Positions 36,706 to 46,284 of a stretch of DNA of 64,000 bases are shown one piece after another; position 1 is the first letter of the stretch, and every line of letters starts with the position of its first letter. This stretch comes from a bacterium. Lineage in GTDB: Bacteria; Patescibacteriota; Minisyncoccia; Phycocordibacterales; Phycocordibacteraceae. The stretch covers positions 512,001-576,000 of the forward strand of contig JBBCGK010000001.1 of the NCBI GenBank assembly GCA_037200965.1, in the 5' to 3' direction. Under the pieces are notes generated by a model. The model had not been told where the DNA came from, did not search any database, and worked only from the letters and a program-made list of their open reading frames with translations. Position numbers and translations under genes: made by a program.

Positions 36706-39122
36706 GATGGTTCCATCTCGCCCCAGTTTTTGCCGAACTTGGTGTCGACCGAAAGCGGCACGCCGTTCGTCTCCTTGCTCGTGAGGACGGACTCCATGAT
36801 GCGGCAGATCTTCGCGCCGACCTCCCTGGCGTGCTCCTCCCGTATCTCATACACGAGTTCGTCGTGTACCTGAAGCAGGAGATATGCCTGCTCCGCCATC
36901 CCTTCCGCCCGTATCATCTCGTCTGCTTCGACCATCGCCCGCTTGATGATGTCCGCGGACGTTCCCTGTATCGGCGCGTTTATGGCCATGCGTTCCGCCT
37001 GCGCGCGTACGTACGGAAGCGTCGACTTCATGCCCGAAAACTGCCGGCGGCGGCCGAAATACGTCTCGGTGTATCCGTGCTTTCTCGCAAACCCTCTTGT
37101 GCGCTCGAGATACTCGGCAAGGCCCGTGAACTGGGCGAAATAGTCGTCATAGAAGCGGTGCGCCTCGGCACTTGAAGTACCGAGCTGGGTCTTAAGCGCG
37201 TTCACGCCCATACCGTAGAGGATGCCGAAGTTGATGATCTTCGCGCGGCGGCGCATCTCGCGATCGACCGCGCCGGCTTCGACGCCGAAAACACGTGCGG
37301 CCACTTCCGTGTGCACGTCTCGCCCGTTCCTGAAGATCCCGCAGAGTTTCTCGTCGCCCGACAGAAACGCCGCGATGCGAAGCTCGATCTGCGAATAGTC
37401 GAGCGCGACGAGCGAGAAGCCTGGCGTCGCGAGAAAAGCTTTCCGCACGTTCCTGCCCCTTTCGGTGCGTATCGGAATGTTCTGCAGGTTCGGGTTCTGG
37501 GACGCCATGCGCCCGGTCGTCGTTCCGGTCTGGAGGAAGTCCGCATGGAGGCGGTCTTCCGTATCAAGCAAAGGCGGGAGCGCTTCGATGTACGTCGACA
37601 GAAGCTTCCCCACTTCCCGATACTCGAGGATATCCGCGATGATCGGGTGTTCCCCGGCGAGCTTCTCGAGCTCGCTCTCGCGCGTCGAGCGCTGACCGCC
37701 TGCCGTGAGTTTCTGGCGCTTGCCGCCGCCTTGGGTGAGCTTGAGCTCGTCGAAGAGCACGTCGCCGAGCTGCTTGGGCGAGCTGATATTGAATTCGTGT
37801 CCCGCATGCTGGTATATCTTCGCTTTAATGGCATCAAGTTCGCTTTGATAGCGGCTTCGGAGGTCCTCAAGCACTTCGCGCGAGATAAGGACGCCGCGCG
37901 TTTCCATATTCCGTATGACGGCGGTCAGCGGCCTTTCTATCTTCTCGTACACTTCCTTTAGTTTTTCTTCTTCCGCAAGGCGGCTCTCAAGCGCCGCGTA
38001 TGCCTCGTCGAACGTATCCTTCTTTGTATACGCATACATGTCCTCGAGCGTCGGGTTCGTCGAGTCGGAGGCGAGAAGCCAGAGCATGACCTGCGCGCGT
38101 TCGAAACTGGCCGGATCTACCTCTTCCGCGGGCTTCTCGCGTTCTTCCGGCGGAGCTTCGCCAGCTTCTTCCTTCGAAACCGCCTGCCCGGCAAACAGCG
38201 CCTTCACCCGCTCGCGAAGCGTCCGGAAGCCGAGCTCGTCGAAAAGCTTGGTGAGGTCTTCGATCTTCGCTTCCCCGGGCCAGGCACAGTCGGAGAGAGA
38301 AAATTCGCACGGCGCATCGAGCCGTATGGTCGCGAGCATCTTCGAAAAAATCGCGTCTTCCTCATGTTCCCTGAGAAGCTCGACCGTCCGCGCTTTCACG
38401 CCCTTCTCGAGAAACGGCGCTCCCCCGCTTTTCTTAAGCAGCTTGTACATGTTCTCGATCGTGCCGAAGTTGATGATGAGTTCGGTCGCGGTCTTCTCGC
38501 CCACCCCCGGGATGCCGATGATGTTGTCCGAGGGATCGCCCCGGAGCCCCTTGAAATCGGGAATGAGCGCGGGCGGAAAGCCGAAGCGCTCCCCGACCGC
38601 CTTCTCGTCATAGAGAATGGTGTCGTTTAATCCTTTCTTGAGCGTATAGACCTGGACCCGCTTCCCTTCGACAAGCTGCAGCGTATCCATGTCGCCCGAG
38701 GCGATAACAACGTCGACGTCGTTATTCTTTTTGAGGAGATGGCTGATGGTGCCGAGAAGGTCGTCGGCTTCGAATCCTTCTTTCTCATATATGGGAATAT
38801 CGAATGCCTTGAACAGGTCGCGCGAGCGCTGCAGCTGAAGTATCAGGTTCTGGTCTATCTCCGCGCGCTTTCCTTTGTACTGCTCATACGCCTCGTGGCG
38901 GTGGGTGGGCTTCGGGAGGTCGTAGCAGGCGGCGATATAGTCGGGCTTCAAGTCCGCGACGATCTTGAGGAGCATGGTGACGACGCCATAGAGCGCGCCG
39001 GTCGGCTCGCCCGAGGGGCCTGTGAACTCGGGAAGCGCATGGTACGCGCGGTGAATAATCGCATGCGCATCAAGGAGAACGAGGCGCTTCTTGCCGCTTC
39101 CCGGTTGTTTCGCGTTAGCCAT
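36702..39122 (-). CDS. polA: DNA polymerase I
   Basis: 5'-3' exonuclease N-terminus; polymerase motifs DYSQIELRI, KIINFGILYGMG, QVHDELVYE. Confidence 0.9.
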   Translation of the reverse strand: MANAKQPGSGKKRLVLLDAHAIIHRAYHALPEFTGPSGEPTGALYGVVTMLLKIVADLKPDYIAACYDLPKPTHRHEAYEQYKGKRAEIDQNLILQLQRSRDLFKAFDIPIYEKEGFEADDLLGTISHLLKKNNDVDVVIASGDMDTLQLVEGKRVQVYTLKKGLNDTILYDEKAVGERFGFPPALIPDFKGLRGDPSDNIIGIPGVGEKTATELIINFGTIENMYKLLKKSGGAPFLEKGVKARTVELLREHEEDAIFSKMLATIRLDAPCEFSLSDCAWPGEAKIEDLTKLFDELGFRTLRERVKALFAGQAVSKEEAGEAPPEEREKPAEEVDPASFERAQVMLWLLASDSTNPTLEDMYAYTKKDTFDEAYAALESRLAEEEKLKEVYEKIERPLTAVIRNMETRGVLISREVLEDLRSRYQSELDAIKAKIYQHAGHEFNISSPKQLGDVLFDELKLTQGGGKRQKLTAGGQRSTRESELEKLAGEHPIIADILEYREVGKLLSTYIEALPPLLDTEDRLHADFLQTGTTTGRMASQNPNLQNIPIRTERGRNVRKAFLATPGFSLVALDYSQIELRIAAFLSGDEKLCGIFRNGRDVHTEVAARVFGVEAGAVDREMRRRAKIINFGILYGMGVNALKTQLGTSSAEAHRFYDDYFAQFTGLAEYLERTRGFARKHGYTETYFGRRRQFSGMKSTLPYVRAQAERMAINAPIQGTSADIIKRAMVEADEMIRAEGMAEQAYLLLQVHDELVYEIREEHAREVGAKICRIMESVLTSKETNGVPLSVDTKFGKNWGEMEPS

Positions 39123-39549
39123 ACGTCAGTTTGCGTGCGCCGCTCTGAAGCGCTTCGAGCCGTATCGAGACCGTCGCGGGAGGCAGCGCGTCCGCGACCT
39201 TTTCCGGCCACTCAAGCACGACAAGGTTACCGGAGTCCCGCATAACCGCGTCGAACCCGAGAGGACCGAGCTCTGCGCCGCCTTCAAGACGGTACGCATC
39301 GATATGCACCAGGCGCTTGAACACCTGGTTCCCGGGTTCGTATATTTTTTCAAGCACGAACGTGGGGCTCGTAACCGATTCCTCGACTCCGAGCGCTTTG
39401 GCGAGCGCTTTCGTGAAGGCGGTCTTCCCCGCCCCGAGCTCTCCCGAGAGCGTGACGAGGGTCGCCCTATCCGCAAGCGGCCGGAGTTTCGCCCCGAGTT
39501 CCCAGGCTTCCCGTTCAAGGTCTTCGAGGGTCGCGAGAAGCTTCTCCAT
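39115..39549 (-). CDS. tsaE: tRNA t6A biosynthesis ATPase TsaE (YjeE)
   Basis: LSGELGAGKTAFTKALAKALG...SPTFVL. Confidence 0.8.
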   Translation of the reverse strand: MEKLLATLEDLEREAWELGAKLRPLADRATLVTLSGELGAGKTAFTKALAKALGVEESVTSPTFVLEKIYEPGNQVFKRLVHIDAYRLEGGAELGPLGFDAVMRDSGNLVVLEWPEKVADALPPATVSIRLEALQSGARKLTYG

Positions 39550-39599
39550 GGACTGATTGTACCAAGAGCGGCCTAAACGCGTTATCATGTGCCTACTCT

Positions 39600-41276
39600 A
39601 TGGCCGGACACTTCGATACCGGGGCGGAAGACGCGAAGCTCGCGGAGATACGCGAGCGCGAGGAGGAAGACCTTGCCCAGATACTCTCGGGGAAATACGG
39701 TCTCCGGTATGCCGACCTCTCGGCGCTCCCGATAGACAACGACGCGCTGCGGCTCATCCCGGAAGCCGACGCACGGGGCGCCGAAACGGCAGCCTTCCAG
39801 AAAGCCGGAAGGAAACTTTCGGTCGCGGTCAGGAACCCCCAGAATCCGGCGCTTGCGGGAGTGCTCGAGGAACTCGGAAAGCGCGGGTTTATCGTGGAAA
39901 GGTTTCTGGTCTCTACGAAAAGCCTCGAAAAGGCGCTTTCGCGCTATGCCGAACTCTCGCTTGCGGTCGCGAGCTCCGCAGGCATTTTTGATATCGGAGG
40001 CGACGCGCTCAAAACGCTTTCGGCCGAACTTACGACACTCGGGGCCCTGAAATTCTTCCTCGCGACCGCACTCCTTGAAAAGCGCTCGAGCAGGGTTTCG
40101 AAACTTCTTGAAGGAATGCTTGCCGGGGCATTCGCACTTAAGGCTTCGGATATCCACGTCGAGCCCGAAGACGGAAAGACCAGGCTCAGGCTCCGGCTCG
40201 ATGGCGTCCTCACCGATACGCTCGAATTCGATCCCGAGACGTACCGCTCGCTCGCGTCGCGCGTCAAGCTTCTTGCGGGTCTTAAGTTGAACGTCGACAA
40301 CCGCGCGCAGGACGGGCGCTTTAGCGTCACGATGCAGGGTTCCGAGATCGAGATCCGCGTTTCGCTCATTCCCGGCAACTACGGCGAGTCAATCGTGATG
40401 CGCATTCTCGATCCGGCCTCGATCCAGGCGTCGTCGTTCGACACGCTCGGCATCCATCCGAAGCTTCTCGCGCGCCTTGAGACGGAGATCACGCGCCCGA
40501 ACGGCATGCTCCTTACGACCGGACCGACAGGCTCCGGAAAGACGACGACGCTCTATTCGTGCCTCCGGAAGCTCCATACGCCGGACGTGAAGATCGTCAC
40601 GATCGAGGACCCGATCGAATACCATCTCGAGGGCATCGTGCAGACCCAGACCGAAGGAGATAAGTACACGTTCGCTTCGGGGCTCCGCTCCATTCTCCGC
40701 CAGGACCCGGACATCATCATGGTCGGCGAAATCCGCGACGCGGAAGTCGCGGAAGTCGCCATCCAGGCCGCGCTCACGGGCCACTTCGTCTTCTCCACGC
40801 TCCACACCAACAATGCCGCGGGCACGTTCCCGCGTCTCGTGGATCTTGGCATTGATCCGAAGACGTTCGCCTCGGCTATCACCGTCGCGATGGCGCAGCG
40901 CCTCGTGCGGAAACTCGACCCGCAGCAGAGAAAACAGGCGCCGATCGAAGGCGAACAAAAGAGACTCGTCGAGAAGATACTCTCGACCGTTGAGGACAAG
41001 TCGCTCCTTCCCGCTTCGACAGACACCGCGTGGGTGCCCGATCCCAAGGGACCGGACGAGACCGGCTATCACGGGCGCCTCGGCCTCTACGAAGCGATAT
41101 TCATGGACACGAAGATGGGCGAATTCGTGCGCACCAACCCGAGCGAAAGTGAAATCACCAGGGAGGCCGCGCACCAGGGATATCTCACCATGGCGCAGGA
41201 CGGGATATTGAAAGCCATCGCCGGAGAGACATCGCTTGAAGAGGTGTTCCGCGTCGTTGATCTGCCGAGGGATTAG
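39600..41276 (+). CDS. pilB: GspE/PilB-family type II/IV secretion ATPase
   Basis: N1/N2 domains and Walker A GPTGSGKTTTLYS, Asp box, His box. Confidence 0.85.
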   Translation: MAGHFDTGAEDAKLAEIREREEEDLAQILSGKYGLRYADLSALPIDNDALRLIPEADARGAETAAFQKAGRKLSVAVRNPQNPALAGVLEELGKRGFIVERFLVSTKSLEKALSRYAELSLAVASSAGIFDIGGDALKTLSAELTTLGALKFFLATALLEKRSSRVSKLLEGMLAGAFALKASDIHVEPEDGKTRLRLRLDGVLTDTLEFDPETYRSLASRVKLLAGLKLNVDNRAQDGRFSVTMQGSEIEIRVSLIPGNYGESIVMRILDPASIQASSFDTLGIHPKLLARLETEITRPNGMLLTTGPTGSGKTTTLYSCLRKLHTPDVKIVTIEDPIEYHLEGIVQTQTEGDKYTFASGLRSILRQDPDIIMVGEIRDAEVAEVAIQAALTGHFVFSTLHTNNAAGTFPRLVDLGIDPKTFASAITVAMAQRLVRKLDPQQRKQAPIEGEQKRLVEKILSTVEDKSLLPASTDTAWVPDPKGPDETGYHGRLGLYEAIFMDTKMGEFVRTNPSESEITREAAHQGYLTMAQDGILKAIAGETSLEEVFRVVDLPRD

Positions 41277-41818
41277 GTTAAGGAATCTTGCTTTGCCTGC
41301 GTAGGCGCGGCTCCATAAATTTTGTTGAAAAACTCGTACTTCTTCCGCATATACTCTCTCCGCTTCATTCCCTCAGCCCCGAGCTTCAGTTGCTCGTATT
41401 CTTTAGCGAGTGCCGGTGATTGGAGAAGAACTTCGTGCGTCTTTATTTGTTCGGCTAAAAGCGGGCTGAGGGTGCCGTTTAAATAAAGCTCGACGGGAAA
41501 GCCGTTCCGCTTGAATTTCCACTCTGCCCAGTTTCTCTGCGGTTTGAAGCTGGTTGGCTCGCCGTATAATCTTTTCAGTGATTCCAGTTCGTCGTCAAAC
41601 GATCCCGAGCTCACGATACTAATATCAATGTCGTTCTCTCCCGCGATACCAAGCCGACTTGAGCCTATATAATGAAGAGACGACCGGGATAATATTTTCC
41701 CGACTTCTTCGCAAATCTTGAAACCCTCCTCCCGTGCGCGCGGGTCAAAGAGCTTAATACGGACGATCTCCTCGTCGGATAAGGTCCCGAGATATTTTTC
41801 TTGGGCGGGAGTAATCAT
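41273..41818 (-). CDS. GrpB-like nucleotidyltransferase-fold protein
   Basis: GSSRLGIAGENDIDISIV NTase motif; GC ~47%. Confidence 0.5.
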   Translation of the reverse strand: MITPAQEKYLGTLSDEEIVRIKLFDPRAREEGFKICEEVGKILSRSSLHYIGSSRLGIAGENDIDISIVSSGSFDDELESLKRLYGEPTSFKPQRNWAEWKFKRNGFPVELYLNGTLSPLLAEQIKTHEVLLQSPALAKEYEQLKLGAEGMKRREYMRKKYEFFNKIYGAAPTQAKQDSLT

Positions 41819-41877
41819 TCTGCTGAGTATAGAATACAAAAATCCCGCGCATAATCCTCCAGGCACGCATTCTATAA

Positions 41878-41996
41878 ATAGAATGTGGACGAGACACCTG
41901 AGGATGCAACCAGCGCACCGCGAGCAAGCGCGGTACCAGTCAGTCCTTGGGGAAACGCCCTAAGCCGTCAAGCCTTGCCTAGAGGATTATATGCGG
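41878..41996. repeat. 119-bp element bounded by 18-bp inverted repeats (MITE-like or structured RNA/operator)
   Basis: ATCCCGCGCATAATCCTC (41878-41895) vs rc GAGGATTATATGCGGGAT (41979-41996), 16/18 match. Internal perfect palindrome cattctat-aa-atagaatg and a small hairpin accgcg-agcaag-cgcggt. Confidence 0.35.
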
Positions 41997-42054
41997 GATT
42001 AAAAGAAACGGGCCCTCGGGCCTGTGTGATACAATGCTAGCATAGTGCAATTTT

Positions 42055-43047
42055 ATGTCAAGTACCCCCGATCTTAAGGCCGCTTCTCTTCCGCCGCTTG
42101 ATCAGGCGCTTGACGCGGCGCTCCGGCCTTCCGCCTGGGACGACTACGTGGGTCAGGGGCACGTAAAAGCGAACGTGAAAGTGGTTTTGGAAGCCGCGAA
42201 GAAGCGCGGCGACATGCCCGAGCACATTCTTTTCTACGGACCGCCGGGAGTCGGCAAGACGACGCTCGCGCACCTCGTCGCAAACACGCTCGGAGCGCCC
42301 CTGAAGTCGACGAGCGGCGTCGCGATCGAGCGCGCGGCCGATCTCGCAGCCATTCTCACGAATCTTGAGCCCGGCACGGTGCTCTTTATCGACGAGATAC
42401 ATCAGTTGGGAAACAAAATAGAAGAACTCCTCTATCCCGCGCTCGAATCCGGGACTCTCGATATCGTGCTCGGGAAAGGACCTTCGGCGCGCACGGTCGA
42501 GCTCGCGCTTCCCCGCTTTACGCTTGTGGGCGCGACGACGCGCGTCGCGCAGATCTCCTCGCCGCTGCGCTCCCGCTTTGGCGGCGGCGTATACCAGCTC
42601 GATTTTTATAACGACGACGACCTGCGCGCGATCATCAAGCGTTCCGCGAAGGTGCTCGGGCTCGACGCCCCCGCGGAAGTCGTCGAGCGGGTCGCGGCGA
42701 GAAGCCGCGCAACCCCGAGAATCGCGAACGCGCTTCTGAAACGCGTCCGGGACTTCTCCGAAGTCGAGGAAAAGAAACTCTCGGCCGAGCTCTGCGACGA
42801 AGCCTGCGAGCTGTTCGGCATCGATACCCTCGGACTTACCAAAGACGACCGCCGCTATCTTGAGACACTTGAAAAGGGCTTCAAAGGAGGGCCCGCGGGC
42901 ATTCGCGCCCTGGCTTCCGCGCTTCATGAGGATCCTGATACGGTCGAGAACGTGTATGAACCTTATCTTCTTCGCCTTGGTATGATCGAGCGGTCGCCGC
43001 GCGGGCGAATGCTTACACAAAAAGGCCGAACATATCTGAAAGGTTAG
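42055..43047 (+). CDS. ruvB: Holliday junction DNA helicase RuvB
   Basis: HILFYGPPGVGKTTLAHLVANTLG, sensor motifs, winged-helix C-terminus. Confidence 0.9.
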   Translation: MSSTPDLKAASLPPLDQALDAALRPSAWDDYVGQGHVKANVKVVLEAAKKRGDMPEHILFYGPPGVGKTTLAHLVANTLGAPLKSTSGVAIERAADLAAILTNLEPGTVLFIDEIHQLGNKIEELLYPALESGTLDIVLGKGPSARTVELALPRFTLVGATTRVAQISSPLRSRFGGGVYQLDFYNDDDLRAIIKRSAKVLGLDAPAEVVERVAARSRATPRIANALLKRVRDFSEVEEKKLSAELCDEACELFGIDTLGLTKDDRRYLETLEKGFKGGPAGIRALASALHEDPDTVENVYEPYLLRLGMIERSPRGRMLTQKGRTYLKG

Positions 43048-43142
43048 TACTGCGCGTGCTGAATTAGCCCCGGGCTCATTACCAAACGACAAGGACAGGG
43101 CCGGGGACATCGGTAGTTCGAAACAGTTCAGGCTTGGCCGAT

Positions 43143-44570
43143 TTACATAAGCAGGAAGTAGTCGAGTGGAAGCTTCACTACATTCTCTTCCCTTGAGAGC
43201 AACAGGCTTGTAGTGCAGACAACGACTCCGAAATCGGTCTTGAAGTTTACCATCGTCGCTTTCACTTGTTCGTAGTTCTTTCGTCCGAGACCGACCTCAA
43301 AGGCAAGCTGCTTCTTGTCGGCGATCTGTACCAGGAAGTCGGCGCTACTCTTGGACGGGTCGTGCGTTAATCCTCCCGTCCTGGTTGCCACGAACTCCCG
43401 ATAGAAGTGGAGGCCTGCTATGTCTTCAAGATACTTGCCTTTTCTCGCAAGATACGTGCCTTCAATGCCGCTGACACTGAGAAGCGCCGAGCGAATTGCC
43501 GGACTCATGAACAGATACTTGGCTGGCTTACGCGCTTGCGCCGTTTTAGAGCCTTGGGCGGGTACTTTGATTATAAGTTCGGCTCGTTCAAGCACGTCCA
43601 GTACGGCCATGACCGTGTTATAGCTTAGCTGGACAACATTTTTTACATTGTTGACGCTTACAATGTCGCTATCGGCCATGATAAAGAGGAGGCGCTTGAT
43701 CGCGCTGAGCGTCGGCGCATCAAACTGCCCGAGGTCCTTTATATCTTTATCAATGATTCGATCCAGGAGAATGTTGATGTTGTCGTAAGCATTCGGGGTT
43801 ATCGCGCGGAGAGTAAAGGGCAGGGTGCCGTTCAAAAGGTATTCGTCGATTTCGGCTCGGTCAAAACGGGCCCACTGCGCCGCGACGTTTTGTTCAAGTT
43901 TCTTAAGCCGGTCGAAAGCGTCTCCGGCATTAGAAGCCCCATATAGCGCATCCTTAATCTTCTCCTTGAGTCCCGCCTGAGGGAAGATATTATGCTTGAT
44001 CATCTGGTACTCACCGAAACTAAGGGGATAAAGCTTCTCGAACTGCGCCCGACGAGCGACGTCCGGGTTTGACTGGAGCGACACCGCTGATGAACCGGTG
44101 CAGAACAGGAATACATTTCTCGCTCGGTCATGGAGAGACTTCAGGACCGCTGCCCAGTTTTTATCCTGCTGCACTTCATCAATGAAGAGCAGCACCGGAG
44201 TATCGAGGCTCTCGAACGGTTTCCCGAGAATGGATTCATAAGCGTCTAAAGCATCGTTCAGGGTCATGCCCCGGGTGACGAGATCGTCGACCGACATATA
44301 AAGGAAGCTGGTCGGGGCTTTGGAGACACGCCTCGTAGAGAGAAAGACCTGAGCCATTGCAGTAGTCTTTCCAACACCGCGCAGCCCAGGGACAATTATC
44401 CAGCGTACCGTTCGGGCACCTTCAAGGAAATCATTCACATACTTTTTTATACGGATAACGATATGTCTTTCCGGAAAGGTGAACGTGGCCGTTTGAAACA
44501 CGTACGGGCGGAGGCGGTCCTCGCTACGGTTTAGCTGATTTTGAATATACTCAAGGGCTTCGGTATTCAT
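43143..44570 (-). CDS. AAA+ ATPase with DUF4143-like C-terminal domain
   Basis: Walker A PGLRGVGKTT, Walker B LLFIDEVQ; GC ~47%. Confidence 0.65.
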   Translation of the reverse strand: MNTEALEYIQNQLNRSEDRLRPYVFQTATFTFPERHIVIRIKKYVNDFLEGARTVRWIIVPGLRGVGKTTAMAQVFLSTRRVSKAPTSFLYMSVDDLVTRGMTLNDALDAYESILGKPFESLDTPVLLFIDEVQQDKNWAAVLKSLHDRARNVFLFCTGSSAVSLQSNPDVARRAQFEKLYPLSFGEYQMIKHNIFPQAGLKEKIKDALYGASNAGDAFDRLKKLEQNVAAQWARFDRAEIDEYLLNGTLPFTLRAITPNAYDNINILLDRIIDKDIKDLGQFDAPTLSAIKRLLFIMADSDIVSVNNVKNVVQLSYNTVMAVLDVLERAELIIKVPAQGSKTAQARKPAKYLFMSPAIRSALLSVSGIEGTYLARKGKYLEDIAGLHFYREFVATRTGGLTHDPSKSSADFLVQIADKKQLAFEVGLGRKNYEQVKATMVNFKTDFGVVVCTTSLLLSREENVVKLPLDYFLLM

Positions 44571-44686
44571 AGGACTTATTCACTAGGATAATGAAGTGTT
44601 GTCGACTACTTATTCAGTCTATTGGATAAGTAACTTTTGTCAACAGGGAAATCATAGAATATGGGCTCTTTTGTCGAATTTACTTT

Positions 44687-44704
44687 TTATCCACATAATC
44701 CACG
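44687..44704 (+). promoter_or_regulatory. two tandem DnaA-box-like sites (TTATCCACA perfect consensus + TAATCCACG)
   Basis: Read directly in a 380-bp AT-rich divergent intergenic region between the DUF4143 ATPase and yebC. Confidence 0.4.
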
Positions 44705-44949
44705 GATTGGGGATAAATATAACTGAGAAAAGGTTCTTTGCTAAGTTGTGCTTTTTGGAACAACTTTTTAAGGACATCTGTCGAGGGGTCTTCAACTCTT
44801 TCGACGAACGGCGATACGACAAAAGAAAGGGGGGCGTCCACTCCTGGGACACCCCTTTCGTCGATCATTATACATGCGGCGGATGAGGCTTCAAAGAAAC
44901 CTCATCAGTCACATGTATATATCTCTTTTTTTATACTAGTATTCATACC

Positions 44950-45507
44950 GTGGCCGGACACTCCAAATGGGCGCAGATAAAGCGGGCGAAGGCGGTGACG
45001 GACAGCGCGCGGGCGCGGGTCTTCGCACGATTCGCCAAGCAGATCACACTCGAATCGAAGCGTGCGGGAGGAAGCCTTTCGGACCCGGGACTCGTGGCGG
45101 TGATAACGCGCGCGAAGGCGGCGAATATGCCTAAGGACAATATCGAGCGTGCGGTCGCGAAAGGCCTCTCAAAGGATTCCGGAGCCCTGGAGCGCGTCGT
45201 ATACGAATTCTATGGGCCAAGCGGTGCCGCGATCATCGTCGACGCTCTCACGGACAGCCGGAACCGGACGACCCAGGAGATAAAGCACCTGCTCTCGAAG
45301 AACGGCTTCGAGCTCGGAGCCCCGGGCTCTGCGGCCTGGGCATTCACGAAATCCCGCGAAGGCGGATTTTCTCCGAATGAGCCTTTGACGGAACTTTCGG
45401 AAACCGACGGCGAATCGCTCTCCTCCCTCCTCACGCTCCTCGACGACTACGAAGACACCCAGGCGGTCTATACGAACGCCAGAGGCTATGAAAGCACGGA
45501 AGAATAA
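44950..45507 (+). CDS. yebC: YebC/PmpR-family transcriptional regulator (short form)
   Basis: MAGHSKWAQIKRAKAVTDSARARVFARFAKQI. Confidence 0.85.
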   Translation: MAGHSKWAQIKRAKAVTDSARARVFARFAKQITLESKRAGGSLSDPGLVAVITRAKAANMPKDNIERAVAKGLSKDSGALERVVYEFYGPSGAAIIVDALTDSRNRTTQEIKHLLSKNGFELGAPGSAAWAFTKSREGGFSPNEPLTELSETDGESLSSLLTLLDDYEDTQAVYTNARGYESTEE

Positions 45508-45988
45508 CGTGCGCCGCGTTCTTGCGATCGATCCCGGCTTCGACCGCATGGGGCTTGCGGTACTTGAAGGCGACCCGAGTCGCCCTACGCTCGTCTGGAG
45601 CGATTGCGTGCTTCCCGCGAAAGGACGCAAGGAGGAGCGGCTTGCGGAAGTCTTCAGGGCGGTCGTGGCGGCGATAAAAAAACACCGGCCGGACACCTTC
45701 GCGCTTGAGACCCTGTTCTTCAGCGTCAACAAGAAGACGGCGCTCGGGGTCGCGGAGGCCCGTGGCGCCGTGCTTGCCGCGGCAGGCGCTGCCCTGCTCC
45801 CCGTCCGGGAATACTCCCCGCAACAGGTGAAGCTCGCCGTTACGGGGCACGGAGGGGCAGATAAAAAGGCGGTGGCGCTCATGATTCCCCGGCTCCTTTC
45901 GCTCTCCAAAAAGCCACGGCTTGACGACGAGCTCGATGCGATAGCGGTCGGTATCGCGGCGCTTTCCGACCGCTATCCACAGGCCTGA
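45488..45988 (+). CDS. ruvC: crossover junction endodeoxyribonuclease RuvC
   Basis: VLAIDPGFDRMGLAVLEGD...DELDAIAVGIAAL. Confidence 0.85.
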   Translation: MKARKNNVRRVLAIDPGFDRMGLAVLEGDPSRPTLVWSDCVLPAKGRKEERLAEVFRAVVAAIKKHRPDTFALETLFFSVNKKTALGVAEARGAVLAAAGAALLPVREYSPQQVKLAVTGHGGADKKAVALMIPRLLSLSKKPRLDDELDAIAVGIAALSDRYPQA

Positions 45989-46090
45989 TCCGGACGGCTT
46001 GCAAAGGAAACGTCTTTACGGCACTCTGGTGGCGACGCGCGGGCACTTGCAAAAGGAAGCAAGCGCAAATTGATGAATTAACTGCTCTAC

Positions 46091-46225
46091 ATGTCGGACG
46101 AACAAGAGGACGTGCTCGGTGAGGAAACGGAAGCACCGAAAGAACTCGACGGCGACGAAGGCGAGGATCTCGGACTCGACGAAGTCGAGACGGTCGGCGA
46201 AGAGGACGAGGAGGAATCTTTCTAA
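46091..46225 (+). CDS. possible 44-aa hyperacidic small protein (not in ORF track)
   Basis: ATG...TAA ORF encoding MSDEQEDVLGEETEAPKELDGDEGEDLGLDEVETVGEEDEEESF, followed immediately by a strong hairpin. Confidence 0.3.
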   Translation: MSDEQEDVLGEETEAPKELDGDEGEDLGLDEVETVGEEDEEESF

Positions 46226-46230
46226 AGAAA

Positions 46231-46270
46231 GCAAAGCGGGCGCGGACCCCTAAGTCCGCGCCCGCTTTGC
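46231..46270 (+). terminator. GC-rich hairpin (terminator/attenuator) upstream of PBP1A
   Basis: gcaaagcgggcgcggac-ccctaa-gtccgcgcccgctttgc; weak T-run. Confidence 0.45.
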
Positions 46271-46284
46271 TATACTGACGGGCA

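Noticed and set aside
42058-43110. 350-aa minus-strand ORF opposite ruvB
   Set aside because: Antisense artefact.
44596-44886. 96-aa ORF in the AT-rich spacer upstream of yebC
   Set aside because: Lies in a 38%-GC intergenic region carrying DnaA boxes and hairpins; odd composition, no RBS or homology signal. More likely regulatory DNA.
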